Shown in pieces: positions 38,415-51,612 of a DNA stretch of 64,000 nt. The stretch comes from Azolla caroliniana (taxonomy: Eukaryota; Plantae; Polypodiophyta): positions 20,832,001 through 20,896,000 of the forward strand of contig JBHGNT010000001.1 in NCBI GenBank assembly GCA_043228905.1. Reading direction: 5' to 3'. Under the pieces are notes generated by a model. That model was not told the DNA's origin. It ran no database searches and was given only the letters and a program-made list of their open reading frames with translations. Each line of letters begins with the position of its first letter. Within the stretch, counting starts at the first letter, position 1. Both the position numbers and the translations under genes were made by a program.

Positions 38415-40460
38415 TCACCCCCTCCAAAGCCGCACATCCTCCGGTATGTGCCGAAGTTGTTGGTGTTTGTTAGTCTCCTCCGTCCGGTCTCTACCCGATT
38501 GGTTTCGTTGCCGGCTCGTAGTACCCTCGACTTCTCTTGTTATGTTGACTTTGTCTCTCCATTTGGAGCACATCCATTCTTTCCACCCGAACCATTGTCG
38601 ACATCCGATCCACCATAGTCTTCGTTCGCTTTTTGCATGGCCTGCTTGGTCCTTGTCATCCGCGGTAGTATCTTTTCTTGCCCTCTTTCTTTTCTTCATC
38701 AATCTCGACTTCTTTTCGGATTTTCGGTTTAGTCGGATTAGCTTACTTCCGATTCGGTCTCGTCGGATCGTCTTTCGTTTAGTTCGGCTTCCTTTCCGAT
38801 TTGTATTCGGTCGATCCGGACTCGGTTGATCGGTTTTTACCGATTCAGTGCTCTTTCGGGTCGGTTTCTTTTCTTTTCTTTTCGTCCGGATTTGCTTTCT
38901 TTTCTTCGTTTTCACCTGCCTTGTCCGGTTCGACTTTCGGCACTTCTTTCCGTTGTTCGCTACGTAGGTCCTCCGATATGTGCTCGTTGTTCGGTCCTCG
39001 TGTGGTTGTAATGCATGCTTCTTTTCTCGCCGTAGCGCGTGCTTCTTTATTCGCCATAACACGCGTTTCTTTATTCGCCGTAGAGCGTGCTCTGTATTAC
39101 GCGCTTCTCCCGTCGTAGACCCGACCTCCGCATTGTCGCACTTTCTTTTAGATTGGAATTTCGGATGGATCATTTTCCATCCGAACCGACTTCCGACTTT
39201 ACCTTCCTCGCCGCCATCTCCCGTCTCTCCGGTCTCACGTTGGTTCTCGGACACAACCGCCGAAGTCTCTAGATATTGTTGGCATGAATCCTCGGTATTA
39301 CCTTCTTTCGTAGTTTCACCCTTAGCATTCTTCTCGGCTATCTCTTCATCGTATTCGTCGGCTTCGACATTCGTTTTCTCTCCGCCACCTTCCGTCTCTT
39401 CGGTCTCACGTTGCCTTTCGATCGCAACCGCCGGAGTCTCTGGAATCAGTGGTGGGGAAGTCTCGATATGGCAATCCGCCATTGATTCATCCATAGCCAC
39501 CTCCGATTCGATTTCGTCTTTTGTGGCTACCTCCTTAATCACATCCGCTTCACACTCTTTATCTGCATCAATTATGCAAACATCTATTATGCTTACCCCT
39601 TTTTGACCCGATGTCTCGGGCACTTGTATCCCGAAATTTCCTTCTACACTTGAATTATCGGCCTTATCCTTCGCCATCGTTCTTTCACAAGACGAGTGGG
39701 TGTCTTGTTCCACTCTTTCTCCCGTGGTACCATCATGTTGTATTTCGGCCTTCATATTGGCTTCATCGTTTTTCCTCAATCGACCATCCTTCATGGGCCA
39801 TGTCGTTGTTGACGAGATTCTCAGCTTCCTTTCATCATGTCTTCGGCATACCCTTTCGACTTTAGCCCAATCCTCGGTAAGGCCGTTCGCACCGTCATCA
39901 TCTTCGAGTTCGATCCCAATGTCCATCCTTTCTTTCCGATCGATCGATCTTACGAACATTAAGACTTTATCTTCTCCCACCAATCTTCGTTCCCGCTCCG
40001 AGAGTCGAGCAAAACGATGCTCGAACTCTAGGAACGCTTGCGTTGCACTTCGGTGAGTCTTCTCCGACGCCACCCATTCGTCGAATTCTCGTCGATCTCG
40101 TCCCTTCGATCTCTCGTAGTCATATGCCTCTCGTAAAGCTTCTTCAAAGGACTCCCATGTCGAGTTTTGTTGTTGTATCTTGTGGATTCTCTCTTGTAGT
40201 TCGTTCGAGGCCACCCGGTTAAAGGATATCACTTGCAATCCTTCCGGTATCCGATATTGCATCATCTCCGCCTTATATTCACGTAGGTAGCGTGACACAC
40301 CCTTACCGTTGAATTGTCCGTTTCGTTGTACGAGCCGCTTTACTACCGCCGTGATCTCCGACATCGCTCGTTGTTCTTGTAGCATCCGTTCGAACATCAT
40401 CATCATCGTTATGCTCATCGCCTCTTGTTGATTCTCCATCTCCTTGCCACCCGCCTTCAC
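38415..40460 (-). CDS. Gag-like protein (copy 2)
   Basis: Translation identical to 35667-37712 in the ORF track. Confidence 0.8.
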   Translation of the reverse strand: MKAGGKEMENQQEAMSITMMMMFERMLQEQRAMSEITAVVKRLVQRNGQFNGKGVSRYLREYKAEMMQYRIPEGLQVISFNRVASNELQERIHKIQQQNSTWESFEEALREAYDYERSKGRDRREFDEWVASEKTHRSATQAFLEFEHRFARLSERERRLVGEDKVLMFVRSIDRKERMDIGIELEDDDGANGLTEDWAKVERVCRRHDERKLRISSTTTWPMKDGRLRKNDEANMKAEIQHDGTTGERVEQDTHSSCERTMAKDKADNSSVEGNFGIQVPETSGQKGVSIIDVCIIDADKECEADVIKEVATKDEIESEVAMDESMADCHIETSPPLIPETPAVAIERQRETEETEGGGEKTNVEADEYDEEIAEKNAKGETTKEGNTEDSCQQYLETSAVVSENQRETGETGDGGEEGKVGSRFGWKMIHPKFQSKRKCDNAEVGSTTGEARNTEHALRRIKKRVLWRIKKHALRREKKHALQPHEDRTTSTYRRTYVANNGKKCRKSNRTRQVKTKKRKQIRTKRKEKKPTRKSTESVKTDQPSPDRPNTNRKGSRTKRKTIRRDRIGSKLIRLNRKSEKKSRLMKKRKRARKDTTADDKDQAGHAKSERRLWWIGCRQWFGWKEWMCSKWRDKVNITREVEGTTSRQRNQSGRDRTEETNKHQQLRHIPEDVRLWRG

Positions 40461-43400
40461 GTCGGGTTCACCAACTGTGTCGTGCCTTTCGGCTCCGGAT
40501 CGTTTGCGTGAGTCGGGTGGGAACCACTGGGGTTTTGGACTAGGAGGAGGAAGAATTTGAGGCTAATCTTGTGAATCCCACAAGTATTACATTAATCAAT
40601 ATTTATGTAAGAATATGAATTTAGATTGAAAGAGATAGATTATCTTAAACTTCGTGAATCCCACGAGTATATTTTATTAATTGGTGTTTTAGGAAATATA
40701 TCCAATTTCCCAAATATTTCACACACAATTACATTGTGCTTCCCATCCTTATGTAGTGATGAGGAAGTCTTAGTAATCCATGCTTTTTCTCTAACTATAG
40801 ACCCCATGCTTTTCCTATAGATAGACTATATGCTTTATCTAAAGTGATCATGCTTTTTTCTAACTTGTGCGTTTTTTATCATGCACGCTAGATGTGTATG
40901 TGTAGCTTTTTCTTTTGTTATGCGTTTTTCTAATGTTTATCCTAGCGTGAATTTACCTTTCTATGTGGGACATCTATGCTTTAACACTAATGAAATGCTA
41001 GTGTAATGGTAAGACATTACATTATTAACATGGAGGTGCAAGGTTCGAATCTTGCCCTATGCATGTTCCATTTATTTTGCTATTTTCTTCTATTTCTTCA
41101 TTTTTTATTGAATCTAATACTATATACGTTTTTCACGTAGTGTACAAAATACACTACGACACCGCGATTGCCGCCTCCGATTTCTTCGCGTCCTCCCGTA
41201 ATTGGGCGTTGTCGCCTTTTGTCCGGATGTGCTGTCCTACCTCCGTAGCGAGTTTCTCTTCCAGGGTTTTTACTGCCTTCCGGCTGTTAGCCCGTATCTC
41301 CTTTTCTCTGTCTGAGGATTGGCGTAGTTCCGCTTGAAGGCGGTCAATTTCTGATTCCGCTAGTTGCACGACCCTTTTCGCTTTTGAGGCGATGGCGGTC
41401 TGAGCCTCAATTTCTTCCTTTAAAGCGTCGATGGCTTGGTTTGGTGACGGAGTTGCGTGTTGCACCGTGGCCGCGTGAGCTTCCAACTCTGTGATGCGTT
41501 CGTTGTCTTTTTGTAGTTTGACTAGGGTCAATTTCACCTTCTTCCAGACATTCTTATTTTTTATGGCCATCTCCTTGGCGCCCGTGCTGACCTTTGCCAG
41601 TTCCTAATGGACTTTGACTAGGGCCGTGTTTAATGGGGGTATTTGCATCCCCACGCGGCGTACCCCGATGTTTCTCTGTCTACTGACCCTGGCTAACCGG
41701 TCCTCATCGTCGCTCTCCGTGGTTTGTGTTAGGGCGCGCTCAATCATTTGGCGTTCCGCATGCTCTTCGGCCATTCGTTGGGCGGCTTTTACCTGCTGTG
41801 TTGCCAGGAACTCCATGAGCTCAAAAGAAGTGCCAAACTGTAAGAGGGCGCTGAACTCATGGGCCGTATTCGGGATATCCGGATATGCCAAAACCTCGCT
41901 TTCCGCCGTCAATACCGCTTTCCCTCGTTGGGACTGGGTCATAATGATCGGCCGTGGCTGCCGGATGACTTCGAAGGTGGTATTGGGTTCCATAGCTGCG
42001 GAGCCATCGTCTTCGGTCGGTGTTTCTGTCACCATCGAAATGTTTTTGACCAACCCCCGCCCATCCTTCCTGTCCAATCTACGTCGTTTTGGTCTATGGC
42101 TATCCTGCCGTGCTTCGGTGTCTGGCTATGGGGCTGCCTCCATGGAACGTGCCGACTGTTCCTGCTGCGTTGTCCGTGTGTCCGGCTGGTCGGTAGGTGG
42201 TGTTGTCCTTGGGCCAGGCTGGGTGGTTTGGGGTTCATCTTCCCACTCTGGAGCCGATAACTCCGCTAACCTGCGTTTTGCGGATCGGGACGGGGGCGTG
42301 GGCCGGCTGGGCTGCGGTGCCGGCAGGCCTCAGGGTGGAAATAGTACCGTAAGGTACTGTTGTATGATCGGCTTGAGCTTTTTGCCTGCCTGGTACGCAT
42401 GCAAGCCTTCCCTTAACGCCGACCCTGTGATGACCCCCCAATCTAGCGCGCGCCCCTCAAAGGTATTGATAATGATGGCTGCCTTCTTCTTAGGCATCCC
42501 ATATGCGTTGACATGTACGTAGCCGACTTCTAGTAAGAACTTGGCCACTTCACGGAAGAAGGGATCCGGATTCTGCTTGGTTCTATAGGCCTTGGCGGAG
42601 GAGGAATATGGCCCGAAATATCGTTGCAGTGCCTCTGCAGGAGGGATGTCGAAATGCCTTTCGCCTAGCGATGATAGGTCCAACTTCTTCCGGATGGCGG
42701 AGTTGGTGCCCGTGTCGATGTTGAACTTCCTGGCGATGTCCATGGCATCCGGGTGTGGGGGTGCTTCTGCGACCCAGATGTACCCATCCAAGCGTTTCTC
42801 TACGAGCCATCGGCGTAAGGCAGTAGATATGAAGATCGTCATCGCCAGAGGAGGTTCGTGGGAAGGAGACTGGTGGTTGCAGTGGGCTGTAGCTGTGTGA
42901 TAGGATGGAGGAGAAGGTGAGGGGGAGGAGCAATGGAAGCGCTGATAGCTAGAAGATGAGTTTCTGTTTTGTGCAGAAAATCTTCTGTTTCCTTCTTTTT
43001 GTGGCTTAGGGCTCATTGGGCAGTGAGCCATCGTGGTGCCGCGTGTTCTTGGACTAGGAGTTTGTGCATGTCTTTAGTCGTTTTAATAGTAGCTATCTTC
43101 TCCTTCTTCTTCTTTTTTTTGTTTGTTTTCGTAACGGTTATCTACAACCTATTTTTACATTATGGTACAAGTGGGGCCGCTCATTTACGGTGCGGGTTCT
43201 CCGGCTCCGCCCTGGTCTGTGGTGAATAGGTTTGGTGGCGTAGGGCCCAGGTAAGGTTTGAGCCGAAACCCATTCACCTTTTGCCGGACTACTTCCTTGG
43301 CCAACGTATCTAGTCGGAACGTGCCTTGTTCCGCTCCAATTATCTAGTATGGGCCGGTCTAGCGGAATCGTAACTTCCCCGGCATATGGCCCATGCGAGT

Positions 43401-46400
43401 TTGGAAAACCAGCACTGCTCGACCCATGGCGAACTCCTTTTCCCTTGCGTTCCGATGTCGATCCACAAACGCTTTACGCCGTCGCTGTTCCTGCTCCAAC
43501 ACAACCATGCTGTGGACACGTTTTTCCCCTAGTTCGAGGAGTTGGTAGAGCTGTACCTCCTCCGACTTGGCTTCTGATAGTCGGTTCCGTACCTGAATTC
43601 GCAAACTAGGTACTTGAAATTCGACCGGCATCACAGCCTCCAGTCCAAACGCCAGTCCAAACGGTGTTGATTGTATGCTTGTTTTGTAGCTGGTTCTATA
43701 CGCCCACAACGCACTCTGTAGTTTGGTATCCCAGTCCGTTCTATTTTCATTGACGATTTTCTTCAAAATGGTCTGTAACGTCTTGTTGGTGGATTCTGCT
43801 AATCCATTCGCTTGCGGATAATATGGCGTGCTATTCTTATGGACTACCGTGTAATGATGTGTTAGTTCCCGAACCACCGTATTGAGAAAGTGACTCCCCT
43901 GGTCACTGATGAGCTCAATCGGACAGCCGAACCGGCACCAGATGTGCTCGTAGAGGAATCTGGTTGTGACGGCCGCCGTATTTTGACGTAGTGCCTTTGG
44001 TTCTACCCATTTGGTGCAGTAATCCGTGGCTACCAATATGTATTTATTGCCCGTACGGGCCGCCGCTGGTGTGAAGGGACCCACAAAATCCAATCCCTAG
44101 TTTTGGAAGGGGTCTAGTGGTAATACGGGCTGGTGTGGCATCCTTGCGCCCTCCGTGGGCTTTCCTATCCGTTGACATAAATCACACTTTCTACAACACT
44201 CGGATGCGTCCTTTTGTGTTGTTGGCCACCATAAGCCCGCCTGCCATACTTTTCGGGCTGTAACGTCGCCCGCGTAATGGCCGCCTGCCGTGCCGCGATG
44301 TGCCTCCCGTAAAACTGCTTCCTTCTCATCCTGACGTACCCCACGTCGCCAAATGCCGTCACTTCCTTTGTGATATAGAACGCCTTCGACGAGGCAGAAG
44401 TGACGGCTTCGGACGGCTGGTCATTTCTTCTCGTCCGTGCGTAATTGTGGTGGAGGCAGTCTTGTAGTTAAAAAGTACGTCATTTCCATAAGCCACCGGT
44501 CCGGAAAGGTTGATTCCGTTCTTTCTGCTAGTGTCGCTACCCGCAAGATGTTGGTGTCCGGAAAATCATCGTCATCTTTCTGTAATGTTTCTCCATTCTC
44601 GAGTCTGCTCAAAAAATCCGCTATTGCGTGTTGCGTCCCTGGTTGGTGTTGGATTACGAAATCGAATTCCTAGAGTAGCAGCATCCATCGCGCCAATTTC
44701 CCTGTCAGGGCTTGTTTCTCCACCAAATACAGAAGTGCCGAATGATCCACGTGGAACGTGAATTTCCTTCCTAATAAATAGTGCCGGAATTTATTGATGC
44801 TATAGATCATCCCTAGCGCCTCCCGCTCCGTTGTGGAGTAGTTACGCTCTGTTGTTGATAATTTGTGACTAGCGTAGTATACTGGCCGGTACCAGATTGG
44901 ATCGGTGAGCTGCATTAGTGCACTTCCTATTGCTATGTCTAAGGCGTCGACGAACACGTGGAATGGCTTCGCCCAAATTGGTGGTTGTATGACGGAAGCC
45001 TGTGTGAGCATTATCTTAAGTACCTCGTGGGCCTTATCCTCCGTTGCAGTCCATTGGAAAGGAGTCCGATGTACGGCAACGTGTAACGGCGTGGCAAAGT
45101 CCGCCAAATACCATATCATCCGACTATGCCACCGTATTTACCCCAAAAACCGGCTGAGTGATTTGGCGTTTGTCGGAGTGTTGGCTTGTGTAATCGCGGA
45201 GCTTTTGTTCGGGTCAACCGCTATTCCCTCCTTGTTGACTATATGGCCCAAGAGAGTCCCACTGGTCACGCCGAAAGCACATTTTGCGGGATTCAGGCTT
45301 AAGCGTACGGTGTGGCAACGTTCCAGGCATAGTTCTAAGTGCAAAATATGGTCTATTGTTTTCCCATATACCGCAAAGTCTTCTAAAAAAACTTCCATGA
45401 ACGCCGGAATGTATTCCCCAAATATCTCCGTAATTGTCCGTTGAAATGTTGCCGACGCTGTCTTTAGCCCGAACATCATGACGACTGCCACATATACTCC
45501 CCAGTTCGTGACAAATGTCGTCTTCTCTTGGTCCTCGAGATGCATGCGTACCTGGTTATAGCTACTGAAGCCATCTAAAAAGTTGTACATCTCATGGCCT
45601 GCAACGGCGTCCAGTACGCTATCGGTGAAGGGTAAGGGAAATGCGTCTGTAATGGTGACGACATTTAATTTTCGGTAATCTATGCATACCCGTATTTTGC
45701 CGTTTTTCTTTGGAACGACCACTATCGGGCTTAACCATGTCGCTTGTTTAACTAGTCGTATGAACCCCGCCTTCAGGAGCTTGTCAATTTCTTCTTTCAC
45801 GCGGGTTGCGTAGTTTGGGTTCATGCGGTAGCGACGCTGGTGGACGGGTTTCACGTCGGTTGCTAAATTGATCTTATGCTGATAGAACTTGGGATCTAAC
45901 CCCTTCATGTCCTCGTGAGCCCAAGCGAACACATCCTTATATTCCGTGAGTAGTGCAATTATCGTTTTACGCTGGTCCGACTGTAATTCCTTTGCGATGG
46001 AGAGGAAACGAGGCTCCGATTCCGTACCCATATTTACTTCTTTGAGGGTGGAAGCGGTGACTCATCGAGAAATCTCCATTTCCCTTTCGAAGGCCGCCCG
46101 TACTCTGCTGAGTTCCAATATGGACTCTGGGTTTGGTTCGTAAGGCTCATCGTGGAGAATAGTGGCCATGGCATATTCTGCCGCGGTTGCGATGACGTCT
46201 ATTTCAAACAGTGGAATAATTCGAGGGTGCTCATCGAGGTATGCCTCCAATTTTGCATCCTCCACCCCAACCAACATATTTATATCTTCTACGTATAATG
46301 GTGTTATACCCTTCGGTTGTGGCGTGCTTCCTTCCGTAGGTGCGCGAACCTTGGTGCGTCTGTGTCGGAAACTAATACACTTGTGTTGCCAACTCTGCTT

Positions 46401-49400
46401 GATATTTGCTGCCCGAAGCCATGGTCTGCCCAGAAGCACTGGGTACGCCCTTGGGGCATCCAAGGTGAGGACGACCGCCGAGATGTCGAATCGGTGTCCA
46501 CCCACGATAATGCCGATTTTGCGAATTAACCCTAATGGTTGTATTGAGCGGGTATCCGCCATTCGGAGCCAGAATGGGCAAGCCTCCCATTCTGAAATGC
46601 CTAACTGCTCGCAAGTTTTCGCGCTAATTACATTGACGCCTGAGCTGCCGTCGATTACACATCCAGGAATTTCTTGTCCGTGTAATATTCATGTAATAGC
46701 CGAGTTGTGCTGATCCACTACGAACGGTCCACTGCTGACGTTTGTAAGGTTTGTAGCGATACTCACCTCGGGTATGCCTGTCACCCGTTCTTCCATGGTC
46801 TGGCGGAAGCGTGGGACTAGCTGTAGCAGTTTCTCCATGGTTAACGTTATCTCACAGCCTGCTAACGCCTGCCAAATGGGGTCTGGGACCGGTCTTTCAT
46901 CCTTTGCTCGCTCCATTGTGTTCGCGGACTCCTGCCGCATACGTTCCGTATTTGTTGCGTTTGCTTTCTTCACCCACGATTGGGCTTGTCGGCGTACCTC
47001 GTCTTGCGCAGCCCAATCAACCGTTTTTGTTTGCTGGCGTGTCGTGACTTGCTGCACCTCCGTTGTAATCGTATTGACAGCGGGCCCCTTTCCCTTGTGT
47101 GTTGGGCATTGCGTGGCATAATGTCCGGGTTGCTGACAAATAAAACAATGGATGCTTGATTCACCCTTCTCGGCTCCTGGTGGTGTGTGCCGCTCCCCTG
47201 GTGCTACTTGCTCCTCGCGGTCCGGCCTCGTTTGTCGGAACGTACGCGGTGGCTGTTGTTGGTCCCGTCGTTGTTCCTGGTGCCGCTCATCCCCCGAGCT
47301 TTCGTCGTAACTCCGGTGATCCCGATATTGTCGTGGCTTACCACGATAGCCATTGAAGCCGCCCCATTTGTTTGTCGGCCGTTGATTCTCGTAGCGTCGA
47401 CCCCCTTTGGCATAACTATGATGTCCACGATAATCCTTGTCCTTTGGGTCGTCCTCCTCGGAATCATTGTGATTTTGGCTATTCTGGTGGTACCGGTCCT
47501 CCCGTGGGTTGCGATCCTTATACCGGGGTCGGTCTTCTTGCCTCCTTTGTTCAGCCCGATGTGGTTGACGATGTGTGTCCATGCTGCGGACTACGGGAGT
47601 GGCTCTGTTTAACATATTGTACTCGCATTGGTCGACTGTGTGAGCCTTCGAGTGGCAGATTGGGCAGTGGATTCACATATTGCAGTCCACTGCGGAAAGC
47701 CCCGAGTTCAAGCAAATCATGCACTGGATTGCCTGACAAAACTGGTGTTCCTCATCCTGAGGTAACGCTTGTCATAAGGAGGACATAGAAAACCTTTCCT
47801 CCTCCTCATCCAACTCGAGCTGTAACGCTCGTTCAATTACCATATCCGCCGTTTCCCCTTTCACGCTATTGTTGTTGAGCATTGCTCGGATGGGCTGGCG
47901 TAAAGCTGCCAGAAATGTTTCCCGAGCCCCGTCTTCTGCGGGGCTCCGTTCCAGTTTTCGTCGTAAATTTTGGAAGCGTAAGCTAAAGTCCGCTATCGTC
48001 TCTATCGGTAGTTGCTTAATTGTATAAAACTGTCCGAGGATTTCGCGTTGTGGAACCCTCCGATGGAAGAATCGCAAGAACGTGGATTGTAGCTGATCGA
48101 AGGTTGTTATTGCTGGTAAATCCATCTATGAAGGCCAAAACGCGGCTCACCCATCTAATGTTAACCCGAACTCCGAAAGGCTCTGCGCCATGTGGTTCAC
48201 ATTCCAGACATTTTCGACTAGTGTACTACCGCCTCCGAAAGGCCCTGCGCCATGTGGTTCGCATTCCAGACATTTAGGAACATGCGAATGTGCGTTGCGG
48301 CGTTGGTTTCGCCGTTAAAGCGGGGGTAGGCAAAGGCCATGGTGGGGGCTATGACGGGTCGGGAAAGGCCACCAGGTGACTGTGGTGAGCGTAGTTCCCA
48401 CATCTCGTTGGGGTATTTGGAGAGCGAAGAATCACCTTTATACTCACAACAGGAGTACTGAGGTTGCTAAGGCGCGGCTTCTGCCGTGCACGTTCTTCTG
48501 CCTGGTGTGTGACGGACCTTGTTATTAGCCGGTCTTGTCGTGTTGGTTCTCTGGGGCGTCTGCGGCTAAACATCCATTCGTTGTTGCTCGTATGTGAGAA
48601 AACACAGATCATCAAGTGTGCCAAAAGTGTTGCCGATTAGGAACACGGTCCGCGGTCAGTCCTTCGACCTAGACCTCAAAGGGGGTGTGGAACAACGAAC
48701 AGGTGTTTAAGCGTAATGCATAGGGGAAGGTTCCTTGTAACCTATCAACGTATAAGGGAGATGGCTACAACCGAATCCCTATCAAGGGTTACACTTACGT
48801 ACTTAAACGCTTAGGTATTCAAGACACACACAGTGAATTAGCCGTAGCTATACACAGGAAATCAGAGAAGATAGAATTCTATTATGAGACGTTTCTTTAC
48901 ATTCCCAAAATTACACGCTCCCTCTATCAGAGGTTTTCTGCCCTTTATATACGCAGGGCCTATTTAGCCGTTCACGCTTCCTGCATGAACCGTTACATGC
49001 GTTATGCTCTTATATTATTTCTTAGTCATACGCTTTTGTCCGTCGATTACTATTCCGGCGGACAACAGTCGACTCGGAGTTCATTATCTTCTTCTCCGAC
49101 TCCCAGTCGACGAGTGTCTTATCCTCCATGAAGATAATATCCCGACTCCGGAATACTTTCTGGTCGACCGGGTCCCACACTCGGTAGCCGAACTCATCAT
49201 CGCCGTAACCGAGGAATATGCATGGCCGGGTCTTTGGATCCAACTTTCCTCTCTGGTCCTTACAAACATGCACATATGCGAGACACCCGAATACCTTCAG
49301 ATGCCGGTAGGACACTTCCTTGCTAGTCCAGACTCTCTGTGGAGTGTCTCCGTCCAAGGGTAGTGAGGGTGATCTATTTATCACATACGTTGTTGTTGAC

Positions 49401-51567
49401 AACGCCTCAGCCCAAAACTTCTTGGGTAGTTTTGCATGCGCCAGCATACTCCAGACCCTCTCCATTATGGTCTGGTTCATCCTCTCGGCCAACCCGTTTA
49501 GTTCCGGCGTCTTCGGCACGGTAAATTCGAGCCAGATTCCCTTCGAGCGATAGTACTCCTCGAACTGCCCCCGATATTCGCCTCCGTTATCTGCTCGAAC
49601 CGCCTTCAGCTTCCGACCGATTTCTCTTTCCACTCTCGGGTGGAGCTCTTTGAAGAAGGATAGGACCTGATCCTTCGTCTTCAGCGGTGTGGCCCACAGC
49701 TTCCGGCTGTGGTCATCTATGAACGTTACGAAGTACTACGATCTGGCATGCGACTTCATGTCCACTTGACACACATCAGTATGCACCAACTCCAATGGTG
49801 CATTACGTCTCATCGGTGGCCTTGGTCTGAAGGAGGTCCGGTTTTGCTTACCGGCCAGACAATCAGTGCACTTCTCCAAGTGCACATTCTTCACTGGAAT
49901 GAGGTTGTCGTCTACAACCCTCTTCATCCCCTTCTCACTCATGTGACACAACCTCTTGTGCCACAGCTCACCGGCAGTGTCGGAAGCCACGTTCACTTCT
50001 TCCTGGCATAACTAGGCATTCATCAGGTACAACGTGTTGACCTTCCGGGCCCGAGCCACAATCAGGCTCCCTTTGCTAAACTTCATAACACCGTTCCGGA
50101 TGCTACCCGTGTAGCCTTTATCATCTAGCCGACCGGCTGATATCAGGTTCTGTCGAACCTCCGGAACGTGTCGGACATCCTTCGGCAGTAGCTTGCATCC
50201 GGTTGGTGTTGTCACCCACACGTCTCCTATACCGACAATTCGGCATGTACCTTCATTTCCCATCTGGACACAACCGTGATCACCGACTGAGTAGAATGAG
50301 AAGCATTTCCGGTCTCGGGTAAGGTGGAACGACGCTTCGGAATCGACCACCTAGGCCATCTCGTCGCTGGCAAGGTTCAACTCACTCTCCTCGGTGATGA
50401 GCATCAACTCTTCTTCGCTCGCCGCGATTGCCGTCGTTCCCTTCCGGTCCTGCCCCCTCCGGTCTTTACCGTTCCGGTTCGGTGTCCGCTTTGAATCAGT
50501 ACCGTCGGTTTCCTTGTCTTTTCGGAAGTACCGACAGTTTTTCTAGAAGTGTCTCGGCTTGCCACAATAGAAGGAAGTAGGCCTCCCCCTTGACTTTGAC
50601 CGTGTCCCCAACTTTTCCCGGTTCTGGGGGCTACGGTTCCTTTGTCTTCCATGTTCCGATTCGGTAAGGAGCGCTTTGGAGTCGGAGCTCGTATCCTTAC
50701 CTTTCCGATGCGCCTCCTCATCTAGCAAGCTCGACTTCACTCTTGCTAGGGATAACCGTTTTCCTTCCGGCCCGGCGTTGCCCAAAGTGACTACCAACGT
50801 CTCCCAGCTATCTGGGAGGGAACCGAGCAGGAGTACTGCTAGTACCTCATCGGCGAGAGGTACTTCCAATGATGTTGTCTGGTGAATCAGCCCCTGGAAG
50901 GCATTCATGTGCTCTGCCATGCTGGAGCCATCTTGGTACCGGAGTCTTACTAGCTTCTGGAATACTGAAACCTGATTAACAACATTTTTGTTTTGAAACA
51001 TAATGCCGGTCTTCTCCCAGAGCTCATGAGCCTTGCTCTCTTCATTGAAGTTGTTGTATAGACTCATGTCGATGAAGCACCGTATGTATGCCGTTGTCTT
51101 CATGTGCATCACCTCCCATATCGTGGCATCGATTTTTTCTGGTTTCTTGTCCCCGAACTGAACCAGCAACCAAAGATCTTTAACCACGAGCATGTCCCTC
51201 ATCTTCGACTTCCACACGGAATAGTTGGAGCCGGTGAGCTTGAACATGCCTCCCAATGATTCGTCCATTTTCTATGTCGTTTCGCTCTGATACCACTTTG
51301 ACAGGACTACATGCCCCCGATAAGCAACGCTCGACCACAACCAAGTCTAGGATCAAACACAGAAAACGGGTAATGTACGCATGACAGAGTGAAGAGAAGA
51401 GTACACAGGACATTAATGTGGAAAACCCAAACTAGGGAAAAACCACGACAACCCACAGACTGCAAACTATCACTATATCACAATGTACAATAGTAAAGCA
51501 CTGAGGCAACAACCTCGAGCTTGCTATCTTCGCCACAAGTGGCGGTTACAACAGAGGCAACGACCTC

Positions 51568-51612
<45 letters not shown>

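Larger units (their letters stand above)
34982..41161 (-). mobile_element. Tandem non-autonomous gag-only LTR element (LTR-internal-LTR-internal-LTR)
   Basis: Three 684-bp LTRs (34982-35665, 37730-38413, 40478-41161), period 2748; 4-bp TSD CCGC (34978-34981 and 41162-41165); tRNA-Trp PBS; PPT GGAGGGGGTGAG; no pol. Confidence 0.95.
33890..42842 (-). pseudogene. Extra ORF downstream of integrase (~900 codons once the 34982-41161 insert is removed), with a long coiled-coil
   Basis: ORFs 42330-43031, 41604-42077, 41154-41570, 34571-34930 and 33890-34324 are collinear. Removing the insert and one CCGC restores EAAIAGLRALLEKKKVWFDEQLVVQQ. Confidence 0.75.
33427..49067 (-). mobile_element. Full-length non-chromovirus Ty3/gypsy (Athila/Tat-like) with an extra 3' ORF
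   Basis: 440-bp LTRs at 33427-33866 and 48628-49067; TSD GTCGA (33422-33426 and 49068-49072). Gag with CFICQQPGHYATQC, protease VIDGSSGVNV, RT 45138-46031, RNase H 44670-45119, integrase 43359-44093 (YPQANGLAE). Confidence 0.96.
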
